DNA of 64,000 bases from Pseudomonadota bacterium (GTDB taxonomy: Bacteria; Bdellovibrionota; FAC87; UBA2466), in assembly GCA_043718025.1 (NCBI GenBank), contig JAYSWN010000172.1:1-64000 (forward strand). Direction: 5' to 3'. The translations under genes and the position numbers were made by a program. A model generated the notes under the pieces. The model was not told where the DNA came from. It searched no databases and was given only the letters and a program-made list of their open reading frames with translations. Shown one piece after another: positions 40,239 through 49,540 of the stretch; the stretch's first letter is position 1; each line of letters begins with the position of its first letter.

Positions 40239-40541
40239 AGCCGTCACGAACTCCACCCAGTTCGGAGTGGCGTTTTCGATCTTAAAACCAAAATTATTTT
40301 CTTCATCGGCCCACACGGGCTGCACGGTCATCTGCGCGCTGACCGTCTCACTTAGCTCCACACTCACAAACATACGACTGCCAAAAAAGATTCTTTCGGG
40401 AAGATTTGCCTTAAACCCGCCCTGAGAAATTTCGGAGGTCGAGATTGGGATTTTGATGTCGCTGGTGGGCATCATCAAATAGCCAGTGCGTTCACATTTA
40501 ATGCGCGGATGACGTCGGCGATTAAGAGCGGTGTTGTCCAT
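40230..40541 (-). CDS. Single-domain PilZ protein
   Basis: RRRHPR (RxxxR) and EISQGG (D/NxSxxG variant). Confidence 0.7.
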   Translation of the reverse strand: MDNTALNRRRHPRIKCERTGYLMMPTSDIKIPISTSEISQGGFKANLPERIFFGSRMFVSVELSETVSAQMTVQPVWADEENNFGFKIENATPNWVEFVTALE

Positions 40542-40680
40542 GGATCTAGAATAACTCGGAATCTATCGACGCATAACGGCGTATCGCAACACGTTGGGTC
40601 GAATTTGCCGTAGGACAACTTGAAAACTGGGTCGCCAAGCCTCTCATGACTACCAGCCCAGTTTCGGCTATCGTTGGGCC

Positions 40681-41892
40681 ATGCCGATGACCAGCTTAGA
40701 GGCCATTCAACAGGCCCAGACCCGCATTGCCCCCTACATCGTCCAGACGCCACTCATTCTTTCCGAAGCCCTATCGCGCCACTGCCATAAAGAAGTCCTG
40801 ATGAAGTGTGAAACTTTTCAGCGTACCGGTTCTTTTAAAATGCGCGGGGCAGCGCACTGCATCCTGCAAAATCTGGCCCAGGCCAAAAAGAATGGTGTGG
40901 TTGCGGCCTCGGCGGGAAACCACGCGCAAGCGGTTGCCTTGATGTGCAAGATAACCGGAATTCAAGCCACGATCGTGATGCCGGTAACAACGCCTCCGAT
41001 TAAGATTCAACACACGGCGCGCTGGGGGGCCAAGATCGAGCTGGCCGGGGTTTTTTTAGATGAGGCATTTACCCACGCCTTAGCGCTATCACAAAAGCGC
41101 GGCTGCGTTTTCGTGCACGCCTTTAATGATGCCGATATCGTGGCGGGGCAAGGCACCGTTGCTTTAGAGATGTGTGCCGATGCCAAATTCAAAGGTACCG
41201 AAGCCTTTTTGATTCCAATTGGGGGCGGTGGCTTAGCGGTGGGAATGGCCACCGCGTTAAAGGCGCTGTCACCCGGGACCAAGATTTATGGCGTCGCGCC
41301 TAAAAATGCCGGCGCCATTTTAGAAAGCTTTCGCACCGGAAAAGTGATGCCGCTTGACGTGACTTTTACGTTGGCCGACGGCACCGCAAAAAAACGGCCC
41401 GATGAAGTGATGCTGGCCGAGCTCAGAAGCTTACTGACCGACGTAATTTTGATGAGCGAAGAGTCCATCGCGCACGGCATTTCACTCATCGCCGAAGAAT
41501 CTAAAATGGTGGTTGAAGGCTCGGGCGCGCTGGGCGTGGCCGCTCTGCTCGAAGACAAGATTCCAGAAAAAAAGATTGGCATCATCCTTTCGGGTGGAAA
41601 CATTGACCTTCCCGCTTTTTCTTCGGTGTTGCATCGTGGCTTGGTTGAGCAAGGGCGATTGATTCGCGTTGCCATTACCATCAGCGACCGGCCCGGAGGG
41701 TTGGCGGCAGTAACCCAAATTCTCGCCGATAAGAAAGCAAACATCTTGCAAGTCTTTCACCAGCGCTCCACCTTAAAGGCCGCCATCGGCGAAACCGAAA
41801 TCGATGTCGACATGGAAACCAAAGGGCCCGAGCACACCCTGGAAATTTTGCAGGCGCTGAAAGAGCGAGGGTTTCAAGTTAGCCGTGTTTAA
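40681..41892 (+). CDS. ilvA: Threonine ammonia-lyase with C-terminal ACT domain
   Basis: KCETFQRTGSFKMRGA, ASAGNHAQ, GQGT, GGGGL, SGGNID, DRPGGL. Confidence 0.9.
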   Translation: MPMTSLEAIQQAQTRIAPYIVQTPLILSEALSRHCHKEVLMKCETFQRTGSFKMRGAAHCILQNLAQAKKNGVVAASAGNHAQAVALMCKITGIQATIVMPVTTPPIKIQHTARWGAKIELAGVFLDEAFTHALALSQKRGCVFVHAFNDADIVAGQGTVALEMCADAKFKGTEAFLIPIGGGGLAVGMATALKALSPGTKIYGVAPKNAGAILESFRTGKVMPLDVTFTLADGTAKKRPDEVMLAELRSLLTDVILMSEESIAHGISLIAEESKMVVEGSGALGVAALLEDKIPEKKIGIILSGGNIDLPAFSSVLHRGLVEQGRLIRVAITISDRPGGLAAVTQILADKKANILQVFHQRSTLKAAIGETEIDVDMETKGPEHTLEILQALKERGFQVSRV

Positions 41893-42637
41893 ACGTTTGG
41901 TAATTGCGACCGCTATTTTTGCTTCGGGCCCAATACGCGCCGACGATTCGCTATCGGCCAGCGCCAACTACGTTCGGCAGAAAAATGGCCCCGATCGCGT
42001 TGAACTATCGGCGATTCGCAATTGGCAAGGGCCCGAGAACTTCCGGCTGGAGGCAAAACTGCGCTTGGGCACCAACGAAAAACAGCTGCAAACTTTTGAT
42101 TGGGCCGGCGAAGCCACTTACCATCTCATCGAGTACGTGCAACCCGCTCTGCGTTTTTACAACGTTAGCCACCTCGCTAACGGCACTCACCACACCGGAA
42201 TCTATCCGGCGATAAATTTCTATCTGCCGGTTTTTTCGCAGTTTAGACTGCACGCGAACTTCGGCTGGTTTTTGCGCTGGGTTTCGCTTTCGACAGCCGT
42301 ACCGCTGCCCTACTGGGGGGGCACGTCTTACTTTGAACACGACATTGGATTTGCCCTGGGCGGAGAACTCAAGTTTCTACCGGCCTGGCGTTTTTCGGCC
42401 ACGGCCACCACTTACGATGACTTTGACGTGCACAACTTCAATCACCCCATTCTCAAACTGACCGTTGCTCATGATCTGGCTGACCGCAATGAGGTAGCCC
42501 TCTTCTTTCGCAATGATTTTTTATTGGGCTTTGGCCGAACGCAGTCGTGGCGGATAGGTGCCACCTACGTCTGGAAATTTAGTAGTCCAGCCGCTTTCGC
42601 TCAAAACTTAACTGGTCGCCGTCTACCGAAACCTTGA
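41885..42637 (+). CDS. Putative outer-membrane beta-barrel protein
   Basis: Signal peptide and aromatic alternating strands; overlaps the ilvA end. Confidence 0.5.
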   Translation: MFKRLVIATAIFASGPIRADDSLSASANYVRQKNGPDRVELSAIRNWQGPENFRLEAKLRLGTNEKQLQTFDWAGEATYHLIEYVQPALRFYNVSHLANGTHHTGIYPAINFYLPVFSQFRLHANFGWFLRWVSLSTAVPLPYWGGTSYFEHDIGFALGGELKFLPAWRFSATATTYDDFDVHNFNHPILKLTVAHDLADRNEVALFFRNDFLLGFGRTQSWRIGATYVWKFSSPAAFAQNLTGRRLPKP

Positions 42638-43433
42638 CGTAAAAGTTTTCTAACACGGGCTCCATACGTCGACCGCCGCCACCACCGGCCACGAGATAGC
42701 TCACCCCATCAATATTCTTCTGCACATAGCTGTGATAGTGCGCCGCCAACCAGGCCGATACATTCCGAGTGGTCGCCAATTTCATCAGGGCCTGAGCCTC
42801 TTGTGCGTCAGAGAAACGCAGATAGCTGCGCACTCCGGCAACGATGGGGGAGTAATGGCTGAGTAGAAAAATATTTGTCTCTGGGCGCCCACCCAATTGC
42901 TGATTCAGCCATTCGGTCTGCTCGCTGCCTAAAGTGGCGTCGGCGGTATCAAGCGCAACAAACCGCGAGTTGCCTACGGTGAAGGCGTAGTGGCTCGGCC
43001 CGACTTTGGCTTTAAAGAACTCCCAACCGTCGGCAAAGATATCGTGGTTACCGAGAATCGAAAAAACCTTTCCGGCCAAGGGCGACGCAAGAATTGCCGC
43101 GTGGTAAGCATTCACCTGCTCAGCGGTGCCCTGATCGGCCAAATCGCCAAGCATGATCGCAAAGGCATCGCCGTCAGCCGCCGACAGCGCCAGCATCTTT
43201 TCGAGCCAGGTCGTGGCCCCTAGGTGCAGATCGCCTACGGTGGAAAAGCTGAACTTGTTGGGATTGGTAAGCACAGGCGGAGTGACGACCAGCGCGAGCT
43301 TCTCGCTTTCAGCAAAACGGGTTTCGGGAAGAGTTCGGCTCACGCAACCTGGCCACAAGAGCGCGCCCAAAAGCGCTGACGAAATAATAGACACCCGAAA
43401 AAATAAAATCATGGTTACCCCTTGAAACTGCAC
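42579..43433 (-). CDS. Calcineurin-like metallophosphoesterase, probable lipoprotein
   Basis: GDLH, GDLAD, GNHD, SHYSP, AHYH motifs; Cys after a hydrophobic leader. Confidence 0.85.
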   Translation of the reverse strand: MQFQGVTMILFFRVSIISSALLGALLWPGCVSRTLPETRFAESEKLALVVTPPVLTNPNKFSFSTVGDLHLGATTWLEKMLALSAADGDAFAIMLGDLADQGTAEQVNAYHAAILASPLAGKVFSILGNHDIFADGWEFFKAKVGPSHYAFTVGNSRFVALDTADATLGSEQTEWLNQQLGGRPETNIFLLSHYSPIVAGVRSYLRFSDAQEAQALMKLATTRNVSAWLAAHYHSYVQKNIDGVSYLVAGGGGGRRMEPVLENFYVKVSVDGDQLSFERKRLDY

Positions 43434-43650
43434 CTATTTTCACTCAAAGCCCGGCGATTTCAAGCAAGTGTGTAAGAAGTAGGCAGCTTGCCCCCTAAGA
43501 TTTCAACGGTTTACAAAAAGGTGTCAATAAACTGGAAATTGTTTGTCCGAGAGTTAGGCCACGAAACAGGTGGCGATTTGTTACGCACTGACAAGAATTA
43601 AAACTTAGAAAACAATGACTTACAAAGTATCCTTGAAGTGACCAAGAAGC

Positions 43651-43666
43651 TGGCACAACCCTCGCT
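43651..43666 (+). promoter_or_regulatory. sigma54 promoter
   Basis: TGGCACAACCCTCGCT (GG-N10-GC); IHF-like AAACAATGACTTA at 43610-43622. Confidence 0.6.
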
Positions 43667-43676
43667 TATATAGAAA

Positions 43677-43902
43677 TCATGCGGGCCAATAAGAGAAGTG
43701 CGGCGACAAGCCCAAGCCGGCACTTCCGTCTCCAGGTAGTAGGTCTGATGAACTTCCCAGCGGCTCCCGCTGGAAAAAGTAGTCGCCTCGCCTGAAGGTT
43801 TTACCGGAACGGTGAGTGCAACCGCCCGGTCGAAACAGAAAATTGAACTCTTCGAATTCTAAGGTGGGGCCTTCCGCAATCCAAACGGAAGGCTCCATTT
43901 TT
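43677..43902 (+). ncRNA. Candidate structured small RNA (~225 nt)
   Basis: Lies between the sigma54 site and an intrinsic terminator; successive hairpins; no convincing ORF. Confidence 0.5.
43865..43902 (+). terminator. Rho-independent terminator
   Basis: TGGGGCCTTCCG-9nt-CGGAAGGCTCCA followed by TTTTT. Confidence 0.75.
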
Positions 43903-44011
43903 GGGCCTCTTCAAAAACCCTTCTCCCCCTTTAAAGAAACATCGCAAAAAAAAGAATCGCTTTAACCCCCCGCGGCTTTCCTCTTTCAATCCCTACGCTA
44001 TCGTTTGCAAA

Positions 44012-45226
44012 ATGAAAAAAGACGCCGTTGTTGCTTACCTAGTAGGTGAATACCGAAAAACCACCCACACTTTCATTCATCGTGAAGTGCGTGAGCTGCG
44101 CCGGCAGGGGGTTAAGCTTCATACCTTCACCATTCGCGACCGCTGTGATTTTCCGGATCCACTGTACCTGTCCGACGAGCCCCCGACCCGCCAGGTGCTG
44201 ACCTACAACCCAATCAAAATACTTGCGGCGCAATTTTTTTGGATTCAGCGTTCGCCGGCAGCCTACCTCCAAGCGATGAAGGCCGCGTGGACTCTACGCG
44301 CCCCGGGCGCAAAGTCTTTACTCTACGCTGGGTTCTATTTTTTAGAGGCGACCGTATTTGCGCGGAGCGCCCTTGAATTGGGAGTAAGTCACTTCCACAA
44401 TCATTTCGGTGATTCTAGCGGCAACGTGGTTTTCATAGCTTCACGACTGGCAAAGATTCCGTTCAGCATCACCTTTCACGGCCCAGATATTTTTAACGAA
44501 GCCAAGAAATGGCATCTGGGGCTGAAGCAAAAATTTGCAAAGTTCACCGTCGGCACCAGTTCTTACGCCAAATCGCAGGTGATGCTTTTTTCCGATGAGC
44601 TCGAACAGGACAATATGCACGTGATTCGAGCCGCCATCGACCTAGCTGATTTCATTAATGAGCCTCCCCACGTTCCCACGACCAAGTGGAAGCTACTCTT
44701 CATCGCCCGCACCGCTCCGGCCAAGGGGTGGCGCGTGCTATTAGAAGCGGCAGAGAAGCTAGAGAGAGCGGGAGTGGTAGATTTTTCATTGAGCATTGTC
44801 GCGGCCGGACCGCCCCATCACCTAAAAAAGTTAAAAGAATCAATCGCACGCCGCGGCCTGTCCTCGGTGCATGTTTCAGGCGCTTGCCCGCCGGCGACCA
44901 TTACCGCGCTCATCGGATCTCACGATATTTTGCTCTCCACCAGTTTTGCCGAAGGGCTACCGGTAGTATTGATCGAGGCCATGGCAATGGGAAAAGCGGT
45001 TGTCGCCACGGCCGTGGGTGGAGTTGGGGATTTGGTTCGCCACGACGAAAATGGCATTTTAGTTCCCCCCGCCCGGCCCGATCTCGTGGCTCAGGCGATT
45101 ACCGAACTTACCCAAGACCCCGAACGGTACACGCGAATCTGCAAGGCCGCTCGCCTGGAAATTCAACTTGGCTACCAAGCCGAAAGCGAATTTGGCAGAC
45201 TCAAGGCACTTTTCAATGATCACTAG
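44012..45226 (+). CDS. GT4 glycosyltransferase (WcaL-like)
   Basis: THTFIHREV, HFHNHFG, TFHGPDIF, KG, SFAEGLPVVLIEAMA (EX7E). Confidence 0.88.
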   Translation: MKKDAVVAYLVGEYRKTTHTFIHREVRELRRQGVKLHTFTIRDRCDFPDPLYLSDEPPTRQVLTYNPIKILAAQFFWIQRSPAAYLQAMKAAWTLRAPGAKSLLYAGFYFLEATVFARSALELGVSHFHNHFGDSSGNVVFIASRLAKIPFSITFHGPDIFNEAKKWHLGLKQKFAKFTVGTSSYAKSQVMLFSDELEQDNMHVIRAAIDLADFINEPPHVPTTKWKLLFIARTAPAKGWRVLLEAAEKLERAGVVDFSLSIVAAGPPHHLKKLKESIARRGLSSVHVSGACPPATITALIGSHDILLSTSFAEGLPVVLIEAMAMGKAVVATAVGGVGDLVRHDENGILVPPARPDLVAQAITELTQDPERYTRICKAARLEIQLGYQAESEFGRLKALFNDH

Positions 45227-46889
45227 CCAACGCCGTTACCCCTTTCTGATTTGGCTCGCTGTTTTCTCACTCGCCCCGGCACTCTTTCTCACGCTGTGGT
45301 CGCAGCGATCACGCCGCCTATTCAATTTGCGCGAACCCCAGCTCGACATGTTTCTGTTTCACGACACCAAGGCCGTCTACGTAAATGTATTTCTGATTAC
45401 AGCAGGTTTTATTCTGTTCGCTTGGCCGCAGCTTTTTGGGTGGCCAGCAAAAACGTTAAATGCCAATTGGGAAAAGTATCGCGCGCCCGCGATTAAATAT
45501 TTTCCCGTGTTTTTTTTCATTCTTGCGGCGGCGTTGGCTTTGCCGGTTTACCAGAATACCGCGTTGACCCTCGATGAGTACGCCGCCTTCTTTCAAGCCG
45601 AAGCGTTTAGTCACGGAAGTCTTGGCGGAAAAATGCCAATTGGCCTCATACCGTGGGCGGTCCCACGCTGGCTAGGTAGCTATTTTTTTACGGTCTCGCC
45701 CGAGGGGTTGATCACCGAGACCTATCTGCCGGGTTACGCCTTGTTGCTGGCCCCTTTTGTAAAATTGAATCTGGGTTGGCTGTTTAACCCGACCTTGGGC
45801 GCACTCATTTTGGCGACCTTAGTTTCCTTGGCGCGAAGACTCTTTGACGATGAAACCGCTTTATGGGTGGCGGTGCTGGCGATATCTTCGCCGGTTTTTT
45901 GGGTTAACTCGGTCTCTTTTTATTCTCTAAACTGCCGTCTGCTTTTCAACTTGTTGTTTCTCTATTTTCTTTGGCCCTCAACCGCAATGACCGGGCGGCG
46001 CGCGCTGCTGGCTGGTCTGGCTGGCGGCATGGCGGCATTTACCCACAACCCCTATCCCCACGTCGTATTTGCCCTGCCGTGGCTCTTATATTTCTTTTAC
46101 CGGAAAGAGAGCCGCCGTTTTATCTGGGCCCTGTGCTTAGGTTACCTACCCTTTGTTCTATTGACGTGCAGCTGGGGGCTGCTCCTGTACCGATCTCAGA
46201 CGGTATCTACCGGCCCCACCGGCGGCGGCTTTACCTACGCTTGGGATATGGCCAGCGCCTTGGTACCGCCTCCGTGGAGCGAGCGGACCTTTGTGATGTG
46301 GAGCACTTCACTCTGCAAGTTGTTGCTATGGAGCACTCCCGGTATTTGGTTTTTCTTTCTTTCAACCAAGTCGATTAAAAGTCCGTTTTTGCGCCTTAGC
46401 CTTATCTCCTTTGTGCTCACTTTTTTTGCGTACGGTTTAGCCAAAAACAGAGTGGCGCAGGGTTTTGGCTGGGGACACCGTTATAGCTACGCGGCGATGG
46501 GCGCGGTGTGGTTGGCGGCGGCTTACTGGCTAGCGCGCCGGGAACAGCGCAGTGCCTTCCGCATCCCCGCCATGGGGATGGCGCTAGGCGGACTGCTGGT
46601 GATGACGCCCCTACAACTGATCCAAACGCATCGCTTCATTGCCAGCCAAAACAAGAAGTTGCCGTGTCTGGCCAAAGACGTTCGGCAGGTTTGTTTAGTG
46701 GTGGCAAAGAGCGACTATTATTTAGGTGACCGTTTACAAAACGATCCGTTTTTAAAAAGGCCTCGACTCCTTTTCCACAGTGCCGGGAAAGAGAGCGACG
46801 ACAAAATGATGCAGGAGTTCTTTCCCAACTACGAGTTGAAAAAGAGGGACGACCGGCACGCGATTTGGTTGCCGAAAGAAAAACCGTAA
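45216..46889 (+). CDS. Multi-pass membrane protein, probable GT-C (ArnT/PMT-like) glycosyltransferase
   Basis: More than 10 TM segments; LDEYAAFFQAEAF first-loop DE motif, YLPG, GWGHRY. Confidence 0.6.
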   Translation: MITSQRRYPFLIWLAVFSLAPALFLTLWSQRSRRLFNLREPQLDMFLFHDTKAVYVNVFLITAGFILFAWPQLFGWPAKTLNANWEKYRAPAIKYFPVFFFILAAALALPVYQNTALTLDEYAAFFQAEAFSHGSLGGKMPIGLIPWAVPRWLGSYFFTVSPEGLITETYLPGYALLLAPFVKLNLGWLFNPTLGALILATLVSLARRLFDDETALWVAVLAISSPVFWVNSVSFYSLNCRLLFNLLFLYFLWPSTAMTGRRALLAGLAGGMAAFTHNPYPHVVFALPWLLYFFYRKESRRFIWALCLGYLPFVLLTCSWGLLLYRSQTVSTGPTGGGFTYAWDMASALVPPPWSERTFVMWSTSLCKLLLWSTPGIWFFFLSTKSIKSPFLRLSLISFVLTFFAYGLAKNRVAQGFGWGHRYSYAAMGAVWLAAAYWLARREQRSAFRIPAMGMALGGLLVMTPLQLIQTHRFIASQNKKLPCLAKDVRQVCLVVAKSDYYLGDRLQNDPFLKRPRLLFHSAGKESDDKMMQEFFPNYELKKRDDRHAIWLPKEKP

Positions 46890-46948
46890 CCGGGTGATGC
46901 AGAAAGGCTAGACCAAGAGCCTGCGCCCCCCTAAAATCAGGCCAACGA

Positions 46949-47623
46949 ATGCGCTACGAAAAAAGAATATTTGATCTCTTTTTCGCATCGGCACTGCTCT
47001 TAGCGGCTTTGCCCCTATTCTTGGTAATCGCGGCCCTGATCTACAGCACCAAGACTGGCCCCATCTTCTTTCGCCGACGGCGCTACGGCTTAAACGGCGC
47101 CACATTTGAGATTCTAAAATTTCGCACCCTATCTTCCTCAAAGGGTAAACCGGTAGCAATGGCCGACTTTCTGCGTCGCACTTGCTTAGATGAACTGCCG
47201 CAGCTTATCAATGTGCTTAAAGGTGAAATGAGTTTGGTAGGCCCGCGTCCGCTCGACGTCGAAGAGAGTGACGCGTTAGCGCTGATCTATCCGCGCCATC
47301 ACCGTCGCCACACCGTACCTCCGGGACTGACGGGCAGCGGCCAGATTGAGGGAATGCGCGGCCTTTTGGACAGGACCCAAATCGAAAGACGGCTTCGCCT
47401 CGACATTGCCTATACCGAACGAAATTCGTTTCGCGGCGACCTTATGATTTTATGGTTAACTCCCTTTTCGATTTTGTGCGGGCCGAAAGCAGCTCCAAAA
47501 CAAACGCCGCTAAAAACCCCCCATTCGCCAGGTAGCGCGGACCAAGCCGCTTTGGCTCTTGCCACATTCGATAGGCCCATTCCAAACCCAAGTTGCCTAA
47601 CCAGCGCGGAGATCGGCGCTTAA
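46949..47623 (+). CDS. Small phosphoglycosyl transferase (bacterial sugar transferase)
   Basis: KRIFDL, KFRT, LRRTCLDELPQLINVLKGEMSLVGPRP, PGLTG. Confidence 0.9.
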   Translation: MRYEKRIFDLFFASALLLAALPLFLVIAALIYSTKTGPIFFRRRRYGLNGATFEILKFRTLSSSKGKPVAMADFLRRTCLDELPQLINVLKGEMSLVGPRPLDVEESDALALIYPRHHRRHTVPPGLTGSGQIEGMRGLLDRTQIERRLRLDIAYTERNSFRGDLMILWLTPFSILCGPKAAPKQTPLKTPHSPGSADQAALALATFDRPIPNPSCLTSAEIGA

Positions 47624-48221
47624 TTCCCGAGATGAGATCTAACGCATTTCCCACCTGAAAGATCACTCCCGCTTCAATTTTGGCCAAATGCTCATGAATC
47701 CAAAGTTCACCCTGCGGTTGCCCAAGCGCCAGAATCAAATAATTTGGTTTTGCTTTTGCGATCGCATTCAATACCCGGTTCGTTTCGCGATCGGTGATCG
47801 GTTTTCCAACGTGTTCGGTGCCCGCCACGATGAAGTCAGGGTGTTTTTCCTTCAACCGCCGAATCGCCAGTTGGGTCGCCTCCTCCCGTCGCCCCACGAA
47901 AAAGAAGGTATGTCCTTGCAGGGCGCCAACGCCGCACAGCTTTTCTAACAACTCAGAACCCGGGATCCGTTCCAAGAGCTTATGCTCGGCCCAGCGTGAG
48001 GCCAAAACGATTGGCATGCCGTCGGCTACGGTAAGCGCGCTCTGCCGATTACAATCCTGGAGCCGAGGGTCGCGACCAGCAAGCTCGGCAAAGTTAAGAT
48101 TGCCCGAGACAATCACCGACTTTTCCATTCTTCGCGCCAGGTTGGATGCGTGCGCCACCGCTTCGCTCATGCCCACGGTGTCGATCCAGATTCCCAGTAA
48201 TTTCTGGCGATGAAACGTCAT
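47442..48221 (-). CDS. WecG/TagA/CpsF family glycosyltransferase (GT26)
   Basis: ADGMPIV, ERIPGSEL, LGQPQGE, RRSPRWL..LGLEWAYR..QEPKRL..RYL. Confidence 0.9.
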   Translation of the reverse strand: MTFHRQKLLGIWIDTVGMSEAVAHASNLARRMEKSVIVSGNLNFAELAGRDPRLQDCNRQSALTVADGMPIVLASRWAEHKLLERIPGSELLEKLCGVGALQGHTFFFVGRREEATQLAIRRLKEKHPDFIVAGTEHVGKPITDRETNRVLNAIAKAKPNYLILALGQPQGELWIHEHLAKIEAGVIFQVGNALDLISGIKRRSPRWLGNLGLEWAYRMWQEPKRLGPRYLANGGFLAAFVLELLSARTKSKRELTIKS

Positions 48222-48286
48222 GATTCGGTAATTAAAGCGCGAACCGCACCAATGCGCAAACCGCAGGAAGTGCCGAGTCATGAGCT

Positions 48287-49510
48287 TTGGTTTCAATCCT
48301 GTTACCGTTTAGCGAAATGCTGAACGCGGCGCTGCTCATTCTATGTTCCCTATTCCTGCTGGTGTTGCTTGCGTATCTCCTCTTGGCGCTCACTGAATTG
48401 GCCCTGAGCTTCTGGCCCAAGCCTGGTAAAGAAAATTATTCCACCGGAGTTTACGACGCCGTCCTATTTCTACCGGCCCACAACGAAGCCACCACGATTG
48501 CTGCGTCGCTCACTAGACTGCTTCGGCAACTGCCGCCATCGTTTACGCTGGTGGTACTGGCCGACAACTGTATAGATGACACGGCCGCGGTGGCCCGAAA
48601 TTTTGCCGGCGTTACCGTTTGGGAGAGGAATTGCCAAGACCGTAAAGGAAAAGGGCATGCCTTGCGCCACGGTTTTCGCCGTTTGCGCCAAGAAGGCATT
48701 CAGGCCGAAGCGGTTCTGGTCTTCGATGTCGATACCTACGCCAGCGCCGCAACCCTGCTAGTCCTTGCCGCCGCCGCAGTGGAAACTCAGCGACCAGTTC
48801 AAGCCGCGCACCTCTATGCGGAGGCAAGCCAACGGGAGAATGCTCTTTCCACGATGGGAAGTTGGTGGAGCACGTTTGTGCGCGAACAAGGCCGTAGCCG
48901 TCTGTCACTTCCGCATTTTATGCACGGCACGGGCATGGCGATCCCCTTTTCTCTGCTCCCCTTTTTCGACGAACTCGATGGGTCGCCCGTTGAAGACAAA
49001 CGGCTCACGGCAAATTTCGTGATCTCCCAACATCGACCTCTCTTTCTACCGAATTACCCAGTCGCATTTTATGAAAATGAGAGTGAGGGAGACTGGCGGC
49101 GGCGACGTCAGCGCTGGGAATTTGGTCACCTGGCCGAAATAAAAACCACCACTCCCCGGATTTTACTGGCGGCCGTCGAACAGAATCGATTTTCTCTTTT
49201 TTTCTTTGCCCTGGATTTCTCATTGCCGCCGCTTTCGCTGCTGTTTGCCTTGGGTTCCGGCCTTGCCGCAATCGGTTTTCTAATCAAATTTCCCGCGCCC
49301 TTTCTGCTGCTTAGCGGGATATGGAGCGGCTCGACCGTTCTGTTTATTGTACTGGGGGGCACTCGCGTTTGGTTTTCGCCGTGGCGAGCGCAATTTGGTC
49401 GTTGCGTTCACGACTTGCCGCGCTGGTGGGTTGGTAAGGCGAAAAACTACTCTCTTTTATTGACCCGGCGTTGGCAAAAACGATCAGTGCCGGGTTTGTG
49501 GCTAAAATAG
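48287..49510 (+). CDS. GT2 glycosyltransferase
   Basis: PAHNE, ADNCIDDT, KGKGHAL, DVD, ED, RRQRW motifs with flanking TMs; start may be ATG 48317. Confidence 0.82.
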   Translation: MVSILLPFSEMLNAALLILCSLFLLVLLAYLLLALTELALSFWPKPGKENYSTGVYDAVLFLPAHNEATTIAASLTRLLRQLPPSFTLVVLADNCIDDTAAVARNFAGVTVWERNCQDRKGKGHALRHGFRRLRQEGIQAEAVLVFDVDTYASAATLLVLAAAAVETQRPVQAAHLYAEASQRENALSTMGSWWSTFVREQGRSRLSLPHFMHGTGMAIPFSLLPFFDELDGSPVEDKRLTANFVISQHRPLFLPNYPVAFYENESEGDWRRRRQRWEFGHLAEIKTTTPRILLAAVEQNRFSLFFFALDFSLPPLSLLFALGSGLAAIGFLIKFPAPFLLLSGIWSGSTVLFIVLGGTRVWFSPWRAQFGRCVHDLPRWWVGKAKNYSLLLTRRWQKRSVPGLWLK

Positions 49511-49540
49511 TTTGGTCCACAGCGGTTTTCTTAACGCCGA

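Noticed and set aside
43728..43840. Hammerhead ribozyme (CTGATGA at 43745 and CGAAAC at 43831)
   Set aside because: Stem II would close with an A-C mismatch, and stems I/III around the nearest GTC do not pair convincingly
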